This document shows, piece after piece, positions 25,406 through 35,753 of a DNA stretch of 64,000 nt. Numbering within the stretch: the stretch's first letter is position 1; each line of letters starts with the position of its first letter. The position numbers and the translations under genes were made by a program. This DNA comes from Gemmatimonadota bacterium (GTDB lineage: Bacteria; Gemmatimonadota; Gemmatimonadetes; JACCXV01; JAHWKZ01): positions 1,384 to 65,383 of the forward strand of contig JBOHRQ010000008.1 of NCBI GenBank assembly GCA_050732875.1, written 5' to 3'. The notes beneath the pieces are model-generated. The model made no database searches. It saw only the letters and a program-made list of their open reading frames with translations, and had not been told where the DNA came from.

Positions 25406-28400
25406 ATGCTGAAGCGCGTCATCGAGTGGTCCATCCACAACAAGCTCCTCGTCCTTCTGGCAACGGCGGCGGTCGCCGTCTTCGGCCTCGCGGCGATGCT
25501 GACGACGCCGGTCGACGCGATCCCCGACCTTTCCGACGTCCAGGTCATCATCGTGACTGACTGGGCGGGCCAGGCGCCCCAGGTGATCGAGGATCAGGTC
25601 ACCTATCCCCTGTCGACCGAGATGATCAAGGTGCCGCGCACGAAGTTCGTCCGCGGCGTGAGCCAGTTCGGCCGCTCGTACGTCTACGTCGTCTTCGAGG
25701 ACGACGTGGACCTCTACTGGGCGCGCTCGCGGGTGCTCGAGTACCTGAACACGGTCCGGGACAGGCTGCCGGCGGCGGTCCAACCGCAGCTCGGCCCCGA
25801 CGCCACGGGGGTCGGATGGGTTTACCAGTATCTCCTCGTCGACACGACCGGCACCTACAACCTGGCTCAGCTCCGCTCGCTCCAGGACTGGACCGTTCGC
25901 TTCCAGCTTCAGGCGGTCGACGGAGTGGCCGAAGTGGCCACCCTCGGCGGCTTCGAGAAGCAGTACCAGGTCGACATCGTCCCGGAGCGGTTGCTGGCCT
26001 ACGGCATCCCGGTCTCGCAGATCGTCCAGGCGATCCGGGAATCGAACCAGGACGTGGGCGCGCGCGCCATCGAGCTCGGCGGCGCGGAATTCATGGTGCG
26101 CGGCCTGGGGTACATCGGCGGCCTCGAGGACATCCGGGCGATCTCGGTCGGGTCGACCCCCGCGGGAGTACCCCTGACGGTGGACGATGTCGCCGACGTC
26201 CATCCGGGCCCGCAGGAGCGCCGAGGGATCGCCGATCTCAGCGGCAAGGGCGAGGTCGTAACCGGCTTCGTCGTCATGCGCTACGGCGAGAACCCGCTGG
26301 CCGTCATCGAAGCGGTGGAAGAGAAGATACGCGAGGTCGAGAAGGGGCTGCCGGCGGGCGTGACGATCGTGGCCGGCTACGATCGCAGCAACCTGATCCA
26401 TCGCGCGATCGACACGCTCAAGGAGAAGCTCCTCGAGGAGTCGGTGATCGTCGCCCTGGTCGCGATGGCGTTTCTCCTCCACGCCCGCTCGGCGCTGGTC
26501 GCGATCGTGACCCTGCCGCTCGGGATCCTCATGGCGTTCATCGCCATGCGCTGGCTCGGAGTCAACGCGAACATCATGAGTCTGGGCGGGATCGCGATCG
26601 CGATCGGGGCCATGGTCGACGCGGCGATCGTCATGATCGAGAACATGCACAAGCACATCGAGCGGAACGAACGCGAGGGCGGGCGCCTGTCCATCTGGCA
26701 AATGGCCGCCGACAGCGCCGGCGAGGTCGGTCCGTCGCTCTTCTTCTCGCTCCTCATCATCACGGTGAGCTTCGTTCCTGTCTTCGCGCTGACCGGCCAG
26801 TCGGGACGCCTCTTCGAGCCGCTCGCCTGGACGAAGACGCTGGCGATGGCGGCGGCGAGCCTCCTCTCCGTCACCCTGGTCCCCGTCCTCATGGGGTACT
26901 TCATCCGCGGCCGGATCCGGGCCGAGGAGGAGAATCCGGTGAACCGCGCTCTCCTCCGGATGTACCGGCCGACGATCGGCTGGATCCTCGACCGGCGGAG
27001 CTGGGTGATCGTCGGTGCGGCGGCGCTCCTTCTCGTGACCGTCATTCCGTGGACTCGCCTCGGCTCCGAGTTCATGCCCCCCCTGAACGAGGGCGCGATC
27101 ATGGACATGCCGTCCCTTTTCCCCGGCGTCGGAACGGCCCAGGCCCGGCGGATCTTCCAGCAGCGCGACTCCGCCATGGCGACCGTGCCCGAGGTCGAGA
27201 TGGTGCTCGGCAAGATCGGCCGCGCAGAGTCGGCGACCGACGCCGCGCCCATGTCGATGATCGAATCGGTCGCGATCCTGAAGCCCGAAGAGGAGTGGCG
27301 TGAGGGAATGACGCAGGAGGAGATCGAGGCCGAGCTCGACCGCGTCACGAAGACGCCCGGTGTCGCCAACATGTGGTCGCAGCCGATCAAGAACCGGCTG
27401 GACATGCTGGCGACGGGGATCAAGACGCCGGTCGGGATCAAGGTCTTCGGGCCCGACCTGGCCACGCTAGAGCGGATCGGGAAGGAGATCGAAGGACTCC
27501 TTCCGACGGTCAAGGGGACGCGCTCGGTCTACGCCGAACGGGCGGTCGGCGGCCGCTACCTGGAGATCGAGGTCGACCGGGCCACGATCGCACGCTACGG
27601 GCTCTCGGTCGAGGACGTCCAGGAAACGCTCATGACCGCGGTCGGCGGTGTGGAGGCGACCGAGACAATCGAGGGACGGGAGCGCTATACCGTCCTCGTC
27701 CGCTATCCTCGCGGCCTGCGGAACGATGCGGAGGCGATCGCCCGCGTGCTGGTTCCGACCCCGGCCGGCGCCCAGGTTCCGCTCGGGCAGCTCGCCGAGA
27801 TCCGGTTCGATGACGGGCCGGACATGATCAAGAGCGAGGACGCACGGCTCAACTCGATCGTCTACGTCGACATCGGGGACCGCGACATCGGCTCCTACGT
27901 CGAGGAGGCGCGGGAGCTCCTCGACCGCTGGCTGGACCTTCCTCCAGGCTACACTCTCGAGTGGTCCGGCCAGTTCGAGTACATGCAGGAGGCCAACCGC
28001 AACCTTCGGTACATGGTCCCCGTCACGGTGGGGATCATCTTCCTCCTCCTCTTTCTAAACTTCGGCTCGCTCATCGAGAGCCTGATCGTGATGGTCTCGC
28101 TTCCGCTGGCACTGGTCGGCGGGGTGTGGCTCATGTGGGCGCTGGGGTACAACCTGAGCGTCGCGGCCGGTGTGGGGTTCATCGCGTTGGCCGGGGTCGC
28201 GGCCGAGATCGGAATCGTCATGCTCGTCTACCTCGACCAGGCCTACCACCGGGGCGTGCTGGCGGGCACGATGCGGGATCGGCGCGATGTCTTCGCGGCC
28301 GTGCGGGAGGGTGCTGGGGAGCGGGTCCGGCCGATCATGATGACCGCCACCGCGGTGATCGGCGGGCTCCTGCCGATCCTATGGGGCCACGGAACCGGCG

Positions 28401-28594
28401 CCAGCGTCATGAAGCGGATCGCCGCGCCCATGGTCGGCGGGATGGTCTCGGTCACGGTGCTGGCGCTCCTCGTGATCCCCGCCCTGTACTCGTTCTGGCG
28501 CGAGCGTCAGCTAGTGCGGCAGAGCCGCCGCCAGCGGGTGACGGATGCGATGGGCGACGAAGCCGCCACACCGGCCCTCACAGGTCTATCTTGA
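25406..28594 (+). CDS. cusA: CusA/CzcA-family heavy-metal efflux RND transporter
   Basis: 1062 aa with 12 transmembrane helices (TMs) and two large periplasmic loops. 'MLKRVIEWSIHNKLLVLL' is a classic CusA/CzcA N-terminus. Confidence 0.95.
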   Translation: MLKRVIEWSIHNKLLVLLATAAVAVFGLAAMLTTPVDAIPDLSDVQVIIVTDWAGQAPQVIEDQVTYPLSTEMIKVPRTKFVRGVSQFGRSYVYVVFEDDVDLYWARSRVLEYLNTVRDRLPAAVQPQLGPDATGVGWVYQYLLVDTTGTYNLAQLRSLQDWTVRFQLQAVDGVAEVATLGGFEKQYQVDIVPERLLAYGIPVSQIVQAIRESNQDVGARAIELGGAEFMVRGLGYIGGLEDIRAISVGSTPAGVPLTVDDVADVHPGPQERRGIADLSGKGEVVTGFVVMRYGENPLAVIEAVEEKIREVEKGLPAGVTIVAGYDRSNLIHRAIDTLKEKLLEESVIVALVAMAFLLHARSALVAIVTLPLGILMAFIAMRWLGVNANIMSLGGIAIAIGAMVDAAIVMIENMHKHIERNEREGGRLSIWQMAADSAGEVGPSLFFSLLIITVSFVPVFALTGQSGRLFEPLAWTKTLAMAAASLLSVTLVPVLMGYFIRGRIRAEEENPVNRALLRMYRPTIGWILDRRSWVIVGAAALLLVTVIPWTRLGSEFMPPLNEGAIMDMPSLFPGVGTAQARRIFQQRDSAMATVPEVEMVLGKIGRAESATDAAPMSMIESVAILKPEEEWREGMTQEEIEAELDRVTKTPGVANMWSQPIKNRLDMLATGIKTPVGIKVFGPDLATLERIGKEIEGLLPTVKGTRSVYAERAVGGRYLEIEVDRATIARYGLSVEDVQETLMTAVGGVEATETIEGRERYTVLVRYPRGLRNDAEAIARVLVPTPAGAQVPLGQLAEIRFDDGPDMIKSEDARLNSIVYVDIGDRDIGSYVEEARELLDRWLDLPPGYTLEWSGQFEYMQEANRNLRYMVPVTVGIIFLLLFLNFGSLIESLIVMVSLPLALVGGVWLMWALGYNLSVAAGVGFIALAGVAAEIGIVMLVYLDQAYHRGVLAGTMRDRRDVFAAVREGAGERVRPIMMTATAVIGGLLPILWGHGTGASVMKRIAAPMVGGMVSVTVLALLVIPALYSFWRERQLVRQSRRQRVTDAMGDEAATPALTGLS

Positions 28595-28710
28595 CCTGGG
28601 ACAGGCGGGCCTCAAAGAACCGCGTGAGCGCCTCGCACAGCGCGATCCGCACTCCTGGCTTCGTGCTCGAGCTATCGAAGCGACTGCGCGAGGCGAGATT
28701 CACGGCGCAA

Positions 28711-29183
28711 TCAAGTCAGAATCCCCGACTTCTGATAGATTGGGGTCTTCCAAACCGTCGCGACGGCTCTCATCCGGAACCGCCTCTTCAGGTATTGTTC
28801 GATCGCGGCGACGTAGCGCGGGAAGACCTCCCGTGCCTTGCCGACTGCCTGCAGGATGATCCCGTCGTCGATGTTCTCGTACTCGTGGATGATTCGGTTT
28901 CGAAGGCCGGCGGACGGGGGCAGGGATTCTGCAAGTTGGCTTGGAATCACCTTCTCACGTCCCACGGCGATAAAGCTCTCGAAGTAGTCCAGGGGAGTCT
29001 TCGCGTCCCGGTCGCGCAGGATGTGCAGGTTGATATCGACGGCCGCTTCGACAGTTTCCTGGAGGGCGCGCTCCGTACCTTTCAGCCGGAAGAAGTCCCC
29101 GATGTACTCCTCCAGCGTGAGTCCCTCAATCCCTCGAGATGATCCACATTTCTGCCTATAACGGCGAGCTTCCGCCGCACCAT
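28711..29183 (-). CDS. hepT: HepT-like HEPN toxin (DUF86), apparently disrupted by a 1-nt deletion (-1 frameshift)
   Basis: HEPN R-x4-HxY motif 'LRNRIIHEYENID'. Strong similarity to characterised HepT ('AVDINLHILRDRDAKTPLDYFESFIAVG'). The HepT-like N-terminus 'MVRRKLAVIGRNVDHLEGLRD' (ATG 29183) is in another frame and joins the main frame near 29120. In the main frame only a TTG at 29235 is available as a start. Confidence 0.6.
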
Positions 29184-29200
29184 GGCTGCGTCCAGTGGGG

Positions 29201-29635
29201 TCACGTCCGTTCCGCTGTTCGCCCGATGAAGTCAAGAACCTCTTCTCGCTCCGCCAGGCGGAACTTCCTGGTGTCGGCGTACCGACGGACCGCCAGCGAG
29301 CAGAAGCGAGCGAATGCTCCCGATTCGGCCTCGTACAGTGGCAATCCGTCCTTTGCCACGAACATCATGAGGAGCGGATCGGCCCGGCGGAGGTCTGCGA
29401 TGTCGACTTCCTGGACTCCGAGCACCTGGATAAAACGATTCGTCGCATGCACCGTGTCGAGCTCATCACGCGAGACGATCGCCAGGTCGATGTCTTCGGT
29501 GAACGCTTCATTGCGTGCCGTGGATCCGAACAGGATGATCAGACGGACCTCGAGCTCGCGTCCGATCTCGTTGGCCGCAACCCGGAGACGCTCAATCGAA
29601 ACGGTAGGGCTCGGAGGTTTCATCTCGCGCTGCAT
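29201..29635 (-). CDS. mntA: MntA-like minimal nucleotidyltransferase antitoxin
   Basis: NTase motif 'LFGSTARNEAFTEDIDLAIV' (GS...DxD). It lies immediately upstream of hepT with a 17-nt gap. Confidence 0.7.
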   Translation of the reverse strand: MQREMKPPSPTVSIERLRVAANEIGRELEVRLIILFGSTARNEAFTEDIDLAIVSRDELDTVHATNRFIQVLGVQEVDIADLRRADPLLMMFVAKDGLPLYEAESGAFARFCSLAVRRYADTRKFRLAEREEVLDFIGRTAERT

Positions 29636-29784
29636 GATGCTTGAAGATACTATGCGGAGGAGGAACAAGGATCGGCTGCCCTCGACGCCGCTCACTCCTC
29701 GTGGGGCGGTGAGTCGGTTCCTTCATGCGGCGGGCTCCGTCCTGGCGATCATCGTCGGTAGGGAGCCGCCGGCGGTGGTCCTCT

Positions 29785-29813
29785 TGACCTGGATACCCTA
29801 CAATGGTATAGTA
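29785..29813 (+). promoter_or_regulatory. csoR-copA promoter (TTGACC-16-TATAGT) with overlapping CsoR operator
   Basis: 'TACCCTACaatgGTATAGTA' (29794-29813) closely matches the B. subtilis CsoR box TACCCTACggggGTATgGTA. -35 TTGACC at 29785-29790. -10 TATAGT at 29807-29812, ending 8 nt before the csoR ATG, so the transcript is leaderless. Confidence 0.55.
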
Positions 29814-29820
29814 TAGAATC

Positions 29821-30129
29821 ATGGTCCAGCGCAAGTCTCACGGATACGAACGGGCCCGGGTCAAGCCGGACCTGGAGAACCGCCTCAAGCGGATCGAGGG
29901 GCAGGTGCGGGGGGTCCAGCGGATGGTGGAGGAGGGCCGCTACTGCGTGGACATTCTGACCCAGATCGACGCCGTCACGGCGGCGCTCGCCCGGGTGCAG
30001 GACCGGATCCTCGAGGCCCATCTCAACCATTGCGTCATTGACGCCCTCGAAGGGAGCGACACCGCGAACGTACGAGAGAAAGTCGACGAGGTGGTCGGGC
30101 TGCTCAGGAAGTTCCGGCGGACCGGATGA
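29821..30129 (+). CDS. csoR: copper-sensing transcriptional repressor CsoR (CsoR/RcnR family)
   Basis: Cu(I) ligands in the C...H-x3-C pattern: 'RYCVDIL' and '[10 protein letters not shown]'. The 102 aa are typical of the DUF156 fold. Confidence 0.85.
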   Translation: MVQRKSHGYERARVKPDLENRLKRIEGQVRGVQRMVEEGRYCVDILTQIDAVTAALARVQDRILEAHLNHCVIDALEGSDTANVREKVDEVVGLLRKFRRTG

Positions 30130-32498
30130 GCACGAGAACCGCCGCCCCCGTGGCCCCAGAGCGGGAGATCGAGCTCGCCGTCGAGGGAATGCACTGCGCC
30201 TCCTGCGTGAGCCGGGTCGAGTCCGAGCTGACCGCTCTTGCCGGGGTGACGGCCGCCTCCGTCAACCTTGCCACCGACTCCGCGCTGGTGCGGACGGTCT
30301 CCGGGGGGCTGCGCGCGCGGGACCTGGTCGAGGCGGTCCGCCGGGCGGGCTACGAGGCGTCGGTCGTGACCGGGGCCACCCGCGAAGAGGAGGCCCGGCG
30401 GGCCGAGCGCGTGCGCGAGGAGGCGCGGCTCGGGCGCCGCTTCTGGGTCGCCCTGGCGTTCACCGCGCCACTCGTCGTCTTCGAGATGATCCCGCATCTC
30501 CTGATGCCGCTGGGGCTTGACCTCGGCTGGCCGGTTCTCGACCCGCGGGTCCAGCTCCTCCTCGCGACCCCGGTCGTTCTCTACAGCGGACGGCGGTTCT
30601 TCCGCGGGGCCTGGAGCGGTCTCCGCCACCGCTCGGCCGACATGAACACGCTGATCGCAGTCGGAACCGGAACCGCGTACGGCTACAGCGCGGTCGCGAC
30701 CATGGCACCGGGCCTCTTCCGCGCGGCGGGGATCACGCCGTCGGTCTACTTCGAGGCGGCGGCAACGATCGTCACGCTGATCCTGCTCGGCACCTGGCTC
30801 GAGACACGAGCCCGCGGGCGGACGGGGCAGGCGATCCGCGCGCTGCTCGACCTCCGGCCCGAGGTCGCCAGCGCGCGCCGCGACGGGCGCGAGGTCGAGG
30901 TGCCGGTCGAGGACCTGGAGCCGGGCGACGTGCTCGTCGTGCGGCCCGGAGAGCGCATTGCCGTGGACGGCGAGGTCCTCGAGGGCCGGACCACCGTCGA
31001 CGAGTCGATGCTGACCGGCGAGTCCATGCCGGTCGAGAAGGCCCCCGGCGACGCGGTCGTGGGCGGGACGATGAACCGCACCGGAGTGATCGCGTTCCGG
31101 GCGACCAGGGTCGGTTCCGAGACGGCCCTGGCGCAGATCGTCCGTCTGGTCCGCGAGGCGCAGGCGTCGAAGGCGCCCGTCCAGCGGCTCGCCGACACGG
31201 TGGCCGCATACTTCGTGCCCATCGTGATCGCCATCGCGATCGCCACCTTCGTGGTCTGGTTCGTAGTGGGTCCCGAGCCCTCACTGCCCTACGCGGTCGT
31301 GACGGCCGTGGCGGTCCTGATCATCGCCTGCCCGTGCGCGCTCGGGCTGGCGACGCCGACGGCGGTCATGGTGGGCACCGGCCGCGGCGCCGAGCTGGGG
31401 ATCCTGATACGGGACGCCGAGAGCCTCCAGAAGGCCCACGAGCTGGACACCGTGGTGCTGGACAAGACCGGCACGGTGACACGCGGCGCGCCCGCCGTGA
31501 CCGACGTTCTCCCAGCGGCTGGCGTGAGCGACGCCGAGCTCCTCGCGCTAGCCGCCGCTGTGGAGCGGGGCTCGGAGCATCCGATCGGCGAGGCGATCGT
31601 GCGCGCCGCCGAAAGCCGCGCCGCCGCGCCGCCGCCGGCCGCCGACTTCGAGGCGCTGGCCGGCCAGGGCGTCCGGGCCTCGGTGGATGGCCGCGAGGTC
31701 GTGATCGGAACCGCCGTGCTGCTGGCGGAGCGAGACATCGATCTTGTAGATCTGGCTGGAGAGACCGCGCAGGCCGTGGTCGAGCGGTTGGCGGACGCCG
31801 GCAAGACGCCCGTGCTGGTGGCGCGCGCCGGGAAGTTGCTCGGCGCGATCGCCGTGGCCGACACTGTCCAGGAGGGGGCCGCCGAAGCGGTGGCGGCGCT
31901 CCGCTCGCGCGAGCTCGACGTCATCATGATGACGGGCGACAACCCGCGCACCGCCGAGGCCATCGCTCGTCAGGTCGGGATCGAACGCGTCCTGGCCGAG
32001 GTCCTGCCGGAAGAGAAAGAGGAGCGGATCCGCGCCCTCCAGGAGGAGGGCCGGGTGGTGGCGATGGTGGGCGACGGGATCAACGATGCCCCGGCATTGG
32101 TCCGGGCCGACATCGGGATCGCCATCGGCACCGGGACCGACGTCGCTATCGAGGCCGGCGACATCACGCTTATCAAGGCCGACCTGCGCGGCGTCGTCCA
32201 GGCGATCGCGCTCTCCAGAAAGACCATGCGGACGATCCGCCAGAACCTCTTCTGGGCGTTCGTCTATAATGTGCTCGGGATCCCGCTGGCAGCGGGCGTC
32301 TTCTATCCATGGACCGGCCTCCTTCTCGCTCCGTGGGTCGGTGCCCTGGCGATGGTCCTGAGCGACATCTTCGTGATGGGAAACTCGCTGCGGCTGAGGA
32401 CGGTGCGGCTCGGCGGCGCGAGGCGCGGTCCGTCTACAGCGATGACGGGGAACGGGGTTTCCGGCGGAATCGTGACCTCCGGGAGCGCCACGGCATGA
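30126..32498 (+). CDS. copA: copper-translocating P1B-type ATPase
   Basis: ATGA overlap with csoR. Heavy-metal-associated (HMA) domain 'GMHCASC'. 'CPC' in '[13 protein letters not shown]'. 'DKTGTVT', 'MTGDN', '[10 protein letters not shown]'. Confidence 0.95.
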   Translation: MSTRTAAPVAPEREIELAVEGMHCASCVSRVESELTALAGVTAASVNLATDSALVRTVSGGLRARDLVEAVRRAGYEASVVTGATREEEARRAERVREEARLGRRFWVALAFTAPLVVFEMIPHLLMPLGLDLGWPVLDPRVQLLLATPVVLYSGRRFFRGAWSGLRHRSADMNTLIAVGTGTAYGYSAVATMAPGLFRAAGITPSVYFEAAATIVTLILLGTWLETRARGRTGQAIRALLDLRPEVASARRDGREVEVPVEDLEPGDVLVVRPGERIAVDGEVLEGRTTVDESMLTGESMPVEKAPGDAVVGGTMNRTGVIAFRATRVGSETALAQIVRLVREAQASKAPVQRLADTVAAYFVPIVIAIAIATFVVWFVVGPEPSLPYAVVTAVAVLIIACPCALGLATPTAVMVGTGRGAELGILIRDAESLQKAHELDTVVLDKTGTVTRGAPAVTDVLPAAGVSDAELLALAAAVERGSEHPIGEAIVRAAESRAAAPPPAADFEALAGQGVRASVDGREVVIGTAVLLAERDIDLVDLAGETAQAVVERLADAGKTPVLVARAGKLLGAIAVADTVQEGAAEAVAALRSRELDVIMMTGDNPRTAEAIARQVGIERVLAEVLPEEKEERIRALQEEGRVVAMVGDGINDAPALVRADIGIAIGTGTDVAIEAGDITLIKADLRGVVQAIALSRKTMRTIRQNLFWAFVYNVLGIPLAAGVFYPWTGLLLAPWVGALAMVLSDIFVMGNSLRLRTVRLGGARRGPSTAMTGNGVSGGIVTSGSATA

Positions 32499-32605
32499 CG
32501 CCGGTCGAATGGGCGGTTGCCGTTGGCGGGCTGACGCTCATCGCCTTCGAGTTGTGGTTCTTCCTGGGCGGCGCGCCGGGGCGGAACCGGGGGCCTCGGC
32601 CATGA
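32495..32605 (+). CDS. small hydrophobic ORF (36 aa) translationally coupled to copA
   Basis: The ATG at 32495 overlaps the copA stop (ATGA). '[28 protein letters not shown]' is a single predicted TM helix. Confidence 0.35.
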   Translation: MTPVEWAVAVGGLTLIAFELWFFLGGAPGRNRGPRP

Positions 32606-33081
32606 CCGGCTCGCGCCGCTCGGCGCTCAGGCTCGCGATGCCCGCCCTCCTCCTGGCGCTTCTCGTCCCGGCGCGGGCGATCTCCCTCTGCTGCCTCGAC
32701 ATGGTGGGGACACAGACTCCAGCCGCCCGCCACTCGACCCATGGGTCGATGCCACATCATCGGTCGGAAGCGGAGTCCGTGCCGGTCGGCCAGGCCTTGG
32801 CGCCCCTCCCTACGTCCGTTTGCGTCATTCTGGCCACCCCCGCCCCCGTTTTGCGCGAGCGTGGCCGCTCGGGCGACGCGGCGGCCGGGGTGGGCGACCT
32901 CGCTCTCGCGTCGACGGCTGGGCTCGGCTACCCCCCGACGCGCGATCGCCCCGTCCATCCCTGGCTCACGTCCGTCCCTCAGCCTGCCGGGCTAGAGAGC
33001 CCGCATCCCCTGCGGTTGTAGGCCGCGCGGTCTTTCGCTTTTCGCGAGCGACCCCGTCCCATCAACCATGCAGGTGAAACG

Positions 33082-34428
33082 ATGCTCAATCCTCGACTCG
33101 CTAACGCGCTCGCCGCGCTCGCGCTCTTTCTCCTGGCCTCCCGGCCGACGGCCGCGCAGGAGCACCGCCACCCGGCGCCGCCGCCCGCCGATTCGGCGGC
33201 GATGGTTTCGATGCCCGAAATGGCCATGCGGCCGGGCCTGCTCGGTATCCCTCGCACGCGCGAGGGCTCGGGCACGGCCTGGCTCCCCGACGCGAGCCCC
33301 ATGCATGCCCTGCACCGCCGGGCCGGCGACTGGGAGCTCATGCTCCACGGCAGCCTCTTCGTCCACTACCTCGACGACGGCGGCGATCGCGGCCGGGAGC
33401 AGTTCGGGGCCACCAACTGGATCATGGGGATGGCCCGCCGGCCGGCGGGGGGGGGCGACCTGACGCTCCGTGCCATGTTGAGCGCCGATCCCTTGACCGC
33501 GGACGAATGCGGCTACCCTGACCTCCTCGCGACCGGCGAGTTCTGCGACGGCGAACCGCTCCACGACCGGCAGCATCCGCACGACCTCTTCATGGAGCTG
33601 GCCGGCGTCTACGAGCGGGCGCTCGCGGAGGGTCTCGCGCTCCAGGTCTACGGGGGGCCGGTCGGCGAGCCGGCGCTGGGGCCGGTCGCCTTCCCCCATC
33701 GCGTCTCCTCGTTCCCCAACCCGATCGCCCCGATCGGCCATCACTGGCTCGACTCGACCCACATCGCGTTCGGCGTCGCGACGGCCGGGATCTACGGCTA
33801 CCGCTGGAAAGCCGAGATGTCGCTCTTCAACGGCCGCGAGCCGGACGCCGAGCGCTACGACTTCGATCTCGACGCGCTCGACTCGTACGCGGGACGATTC
33901 TGGCTCCTGCCGAACGACCGGTGGGCGCTCCAGGTCTCGGCAGGACGGCTGAACGAGGCGGAAGTGCACGAAGCCGGCGGCCCGCGCATCGACGTCACGC
34001 GCGTGACCGCGTCGGCGACCTACCACCGCCCGCTGGCGGAGGAAGGGGTCTGGGCCGGCACGATGGCCTGGGGACGAAACCGCGAAGGAAGCGAGGCGAC
34101 CCATGCCTTCCTCGCCGAGGCCAGCCTCAACCTCGCCGACCGCGACGTCTTCTACGGCCGGGTCGAGGTCGCGGAGAAGACCGGCGGAGATCTGGTTCTG
34201 CCGGAGGAGCTCGAGGAGCGGTCGTTCACGGTCGGGAAGCTCGGGCTCGGCTACGTACGCCAGCTCGATCCCGTGGCCGGCCTCGTGCCCGGCATTGGCG
34301 CCGGCATCAGCGTTTCGCGCGTGCCCGACCAGCTCGAAGCGTTCTACGGCTCGACGACCCTGACGGGATTTCAGGCCTTCTTCCGGCTGCGGCCGGCGCC
34401 GATGACGGCGGGAGGCCACGCGCACTGA
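33082..34428 (+). CDS. secreted His-rich hypothetical protein downstream of copA (possible outer-membrane/periplasmic copper-handling protein)
   Basis: Signal peptide 'MLNPRLANALAALALFLLASRPTAAQ'. 'EHRHPAPPP', 'MVSMPEMAM' and 'DRQHPHDLFMEL' are His/Met motifs. 448 aa. No terminal aromatic residue. Confidence 0.55.
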   Translation: MLNPRLANALAALALFLLASRPTAAQEHRHPAPPPADSAAMVSMPEMAMRPGLLGIPRTREGSGTAWLPDASPMHALHRRAGDWELMLHGSLFVHYLDDGGDRGREQFGATNWIMGMARRPAGGGDLTLRAMLSADPLTADECGYPDLLATGEFCDGEPLHDRQHPHDLFMELAGVYERALAEGLALQVYGGPVGEPALGPVAFPHRVSSFPNPIAPIGHHWLDSTHIAFGVATAGIYGYRWKAEMSLFNGREPDAERYDFDLDALDSYAGRFWLLPNDRWALQVSAGRLNEAEVHEAGGPRIDVTRVTASATYHRPLAEEGVWAGTMAWGRNREGSEATHAFLAEASLNLADRDVFYGRVEVAEKTGGDLVLPEELEERSFTVGKLGLGYVRQLDPVAGLVPGIGAGISVSRVPDQLEAFYGSTTLTGFQAFFRLRPAPMTAGGHAH

Positions 34429-34503
34429 TGGCCGCCGTGGGGCATTGTGCCTGGCGGGCGCCGGGGGTGGATCCGGCACCCACCACGTAGACAGGAGAGG
34501 CGG

Positions 34504-35652
34504 CTACTCGATCAGCTGGACGCCCTTGATGCCTGGCGCGCTCACCTCGCCGCCCACGATCCCGGTGGCGTAGAGGATGCGCCCGAACAATTGCTGGTTG
34601 TTGCCGTTCCCGGAGACGCCCTCGAAGAACACCGCGATGAAGTTGGTGAAGACGAGCTCCTTGCGGCCGGGCAGGAACGAGCGTGAGGGATCGAACGTCG
34701 GCACGATGCCGATCCGCGGGCTCCCCTCCCACGGATCCCAGGCGCTCCCGACGACCTGGTTCTCGACGGGATCCCAGGAGGCGGCGGAATCCAGCGCGAT
34801 GAGATCCTCGACGCCTTTCACGGTGTTCCCGAACATGTTGCCCGGCTCGGTCTCGTACTCGTCGCCGACCGTGATGATCGCGGGGTTGCAGAACGCGATG
34901 TTGTCCCTGTACCACCGGCCCCCGATACCGCCCGGAATCACCCACGGGTAATACCAGCTCGGGCCTGTCCCCGGGCAGCAGCCGTCACCCTGCTTCACGT
35001 TCCCCTTCAGGACGATCGGGCGGCCGAAGTCGTTGATGTAGCCCAGCCCGTCATCTCCCGGCTGGCCGGGATTTCTCCAGCTCGACCCGTACCCCGTCAC
35101 GGCCGGGTCGTATACGTCGACGCCGGGATCGAACGTGTCGTTCCCGTCGTTGCTGTCGTAGCGGTCATAGATCGAGAACGGCTTCACGCAGGTAGCCGCC
35201 CCCGCCGGCGCCACGCGCGCCGTCGCATCCGCCCCGATGTTGACGACATCGACACCGAAGATCCGGGCGAACCATGTGGCGACCGGTCCCCCGCGGACAT
35301 CGTCGCGATGCGCGCGAACCGTCACCGTGTAGTCGACGAGGTCGACGTCCACGTCCTCGACGGGGTCGATGTCGATCGCCCCCTGGACGTCGTTCATCTC
35401 CCCGAATCGCTCCGCTTCCGAGCGGGCGAATCCATCATCGTCGAAGTTGTTTCTGAGCGCCCCGGCCCCGGCCATCGCCGCGGCATCGGCGGTCCGCTGA
35501 GCCTCGGTCTTGGCGGTGAGCAGCATGCCGACGTCGACGGCCAGGGCGACGACCGAGAGGAGTGCGGTCATCGCGATGGCAACGACGACGATCGTCGCCC
35601 CGCGCTCCGAGCGCCGGATCCCGAACGAGTTTTGCATGGGCATACCAACCCC
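34504..35652 (-). CDS. TadE/TadG-like (Flp pilus-associated) protein
   Basis: GGAAGGGG then 5 nt then ATG 35652. The N-terminus 'RGATIVVVAIAMTALLSVVALAVDVGMLLTAKTEAQRTADAAAMAGA' matches the TadE-like family. No other tad genes are nearby. Confidence 0.7.
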   Translation of the reverse strand, partial: GVGMPMQNSFGIRRSERGATIVVVAIAMTALLSVVALAVDVGMLLTAKTEAQRTADAAAMAGAGALRNNFDDDGFARSEAERFGEMNDVQGAIDIDPVEDVDVDLVDYTVTVRAHRDDVRGGPVATWFARIFGVDVVNIGADATARVAPAGAATCVKPFSIYDRYDSNDGNDTFDPGVDVYDPAVTGYGSSWRNPGQPGDDGLGYINDFGRPIVLKGNVKQGDGCCPGTGPSWYYPWVIPGGIGGRWYRDNIAFCNPAIITVGDEYETEPGNMFGNTVKGVEDLIALDSAASWDPVENQVVGSAWDPWEGSPRIGIVPTFDPSRSFLPGRKELVFTNFIAVFFEGVSGNGNNQQLFGRILYATGIVGGEVSAPGIKGVQLIE

Positions 35653-35753
35653 TTCCGCATCAGATGCGTGCGGGTTGGCCCGGGGGAGGATCGGTAGCTT
35701 ACAACGTCCGGAGTCAGCCGCGCAAGGGCAGGACATGTGGTAGATTACGATCT

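Noticed and set aside
32602-33021. 139-aa ORF '[26 protein letters not shown]...' coupled by ATGA to the 36-aa peptide
   Set aside because: The composition is Pro/Ala/Leu-rich and third-position GC decays toward the 3' end. It could be real but it is equally likely a GC-driven open frame. It is mentioned in findings only.
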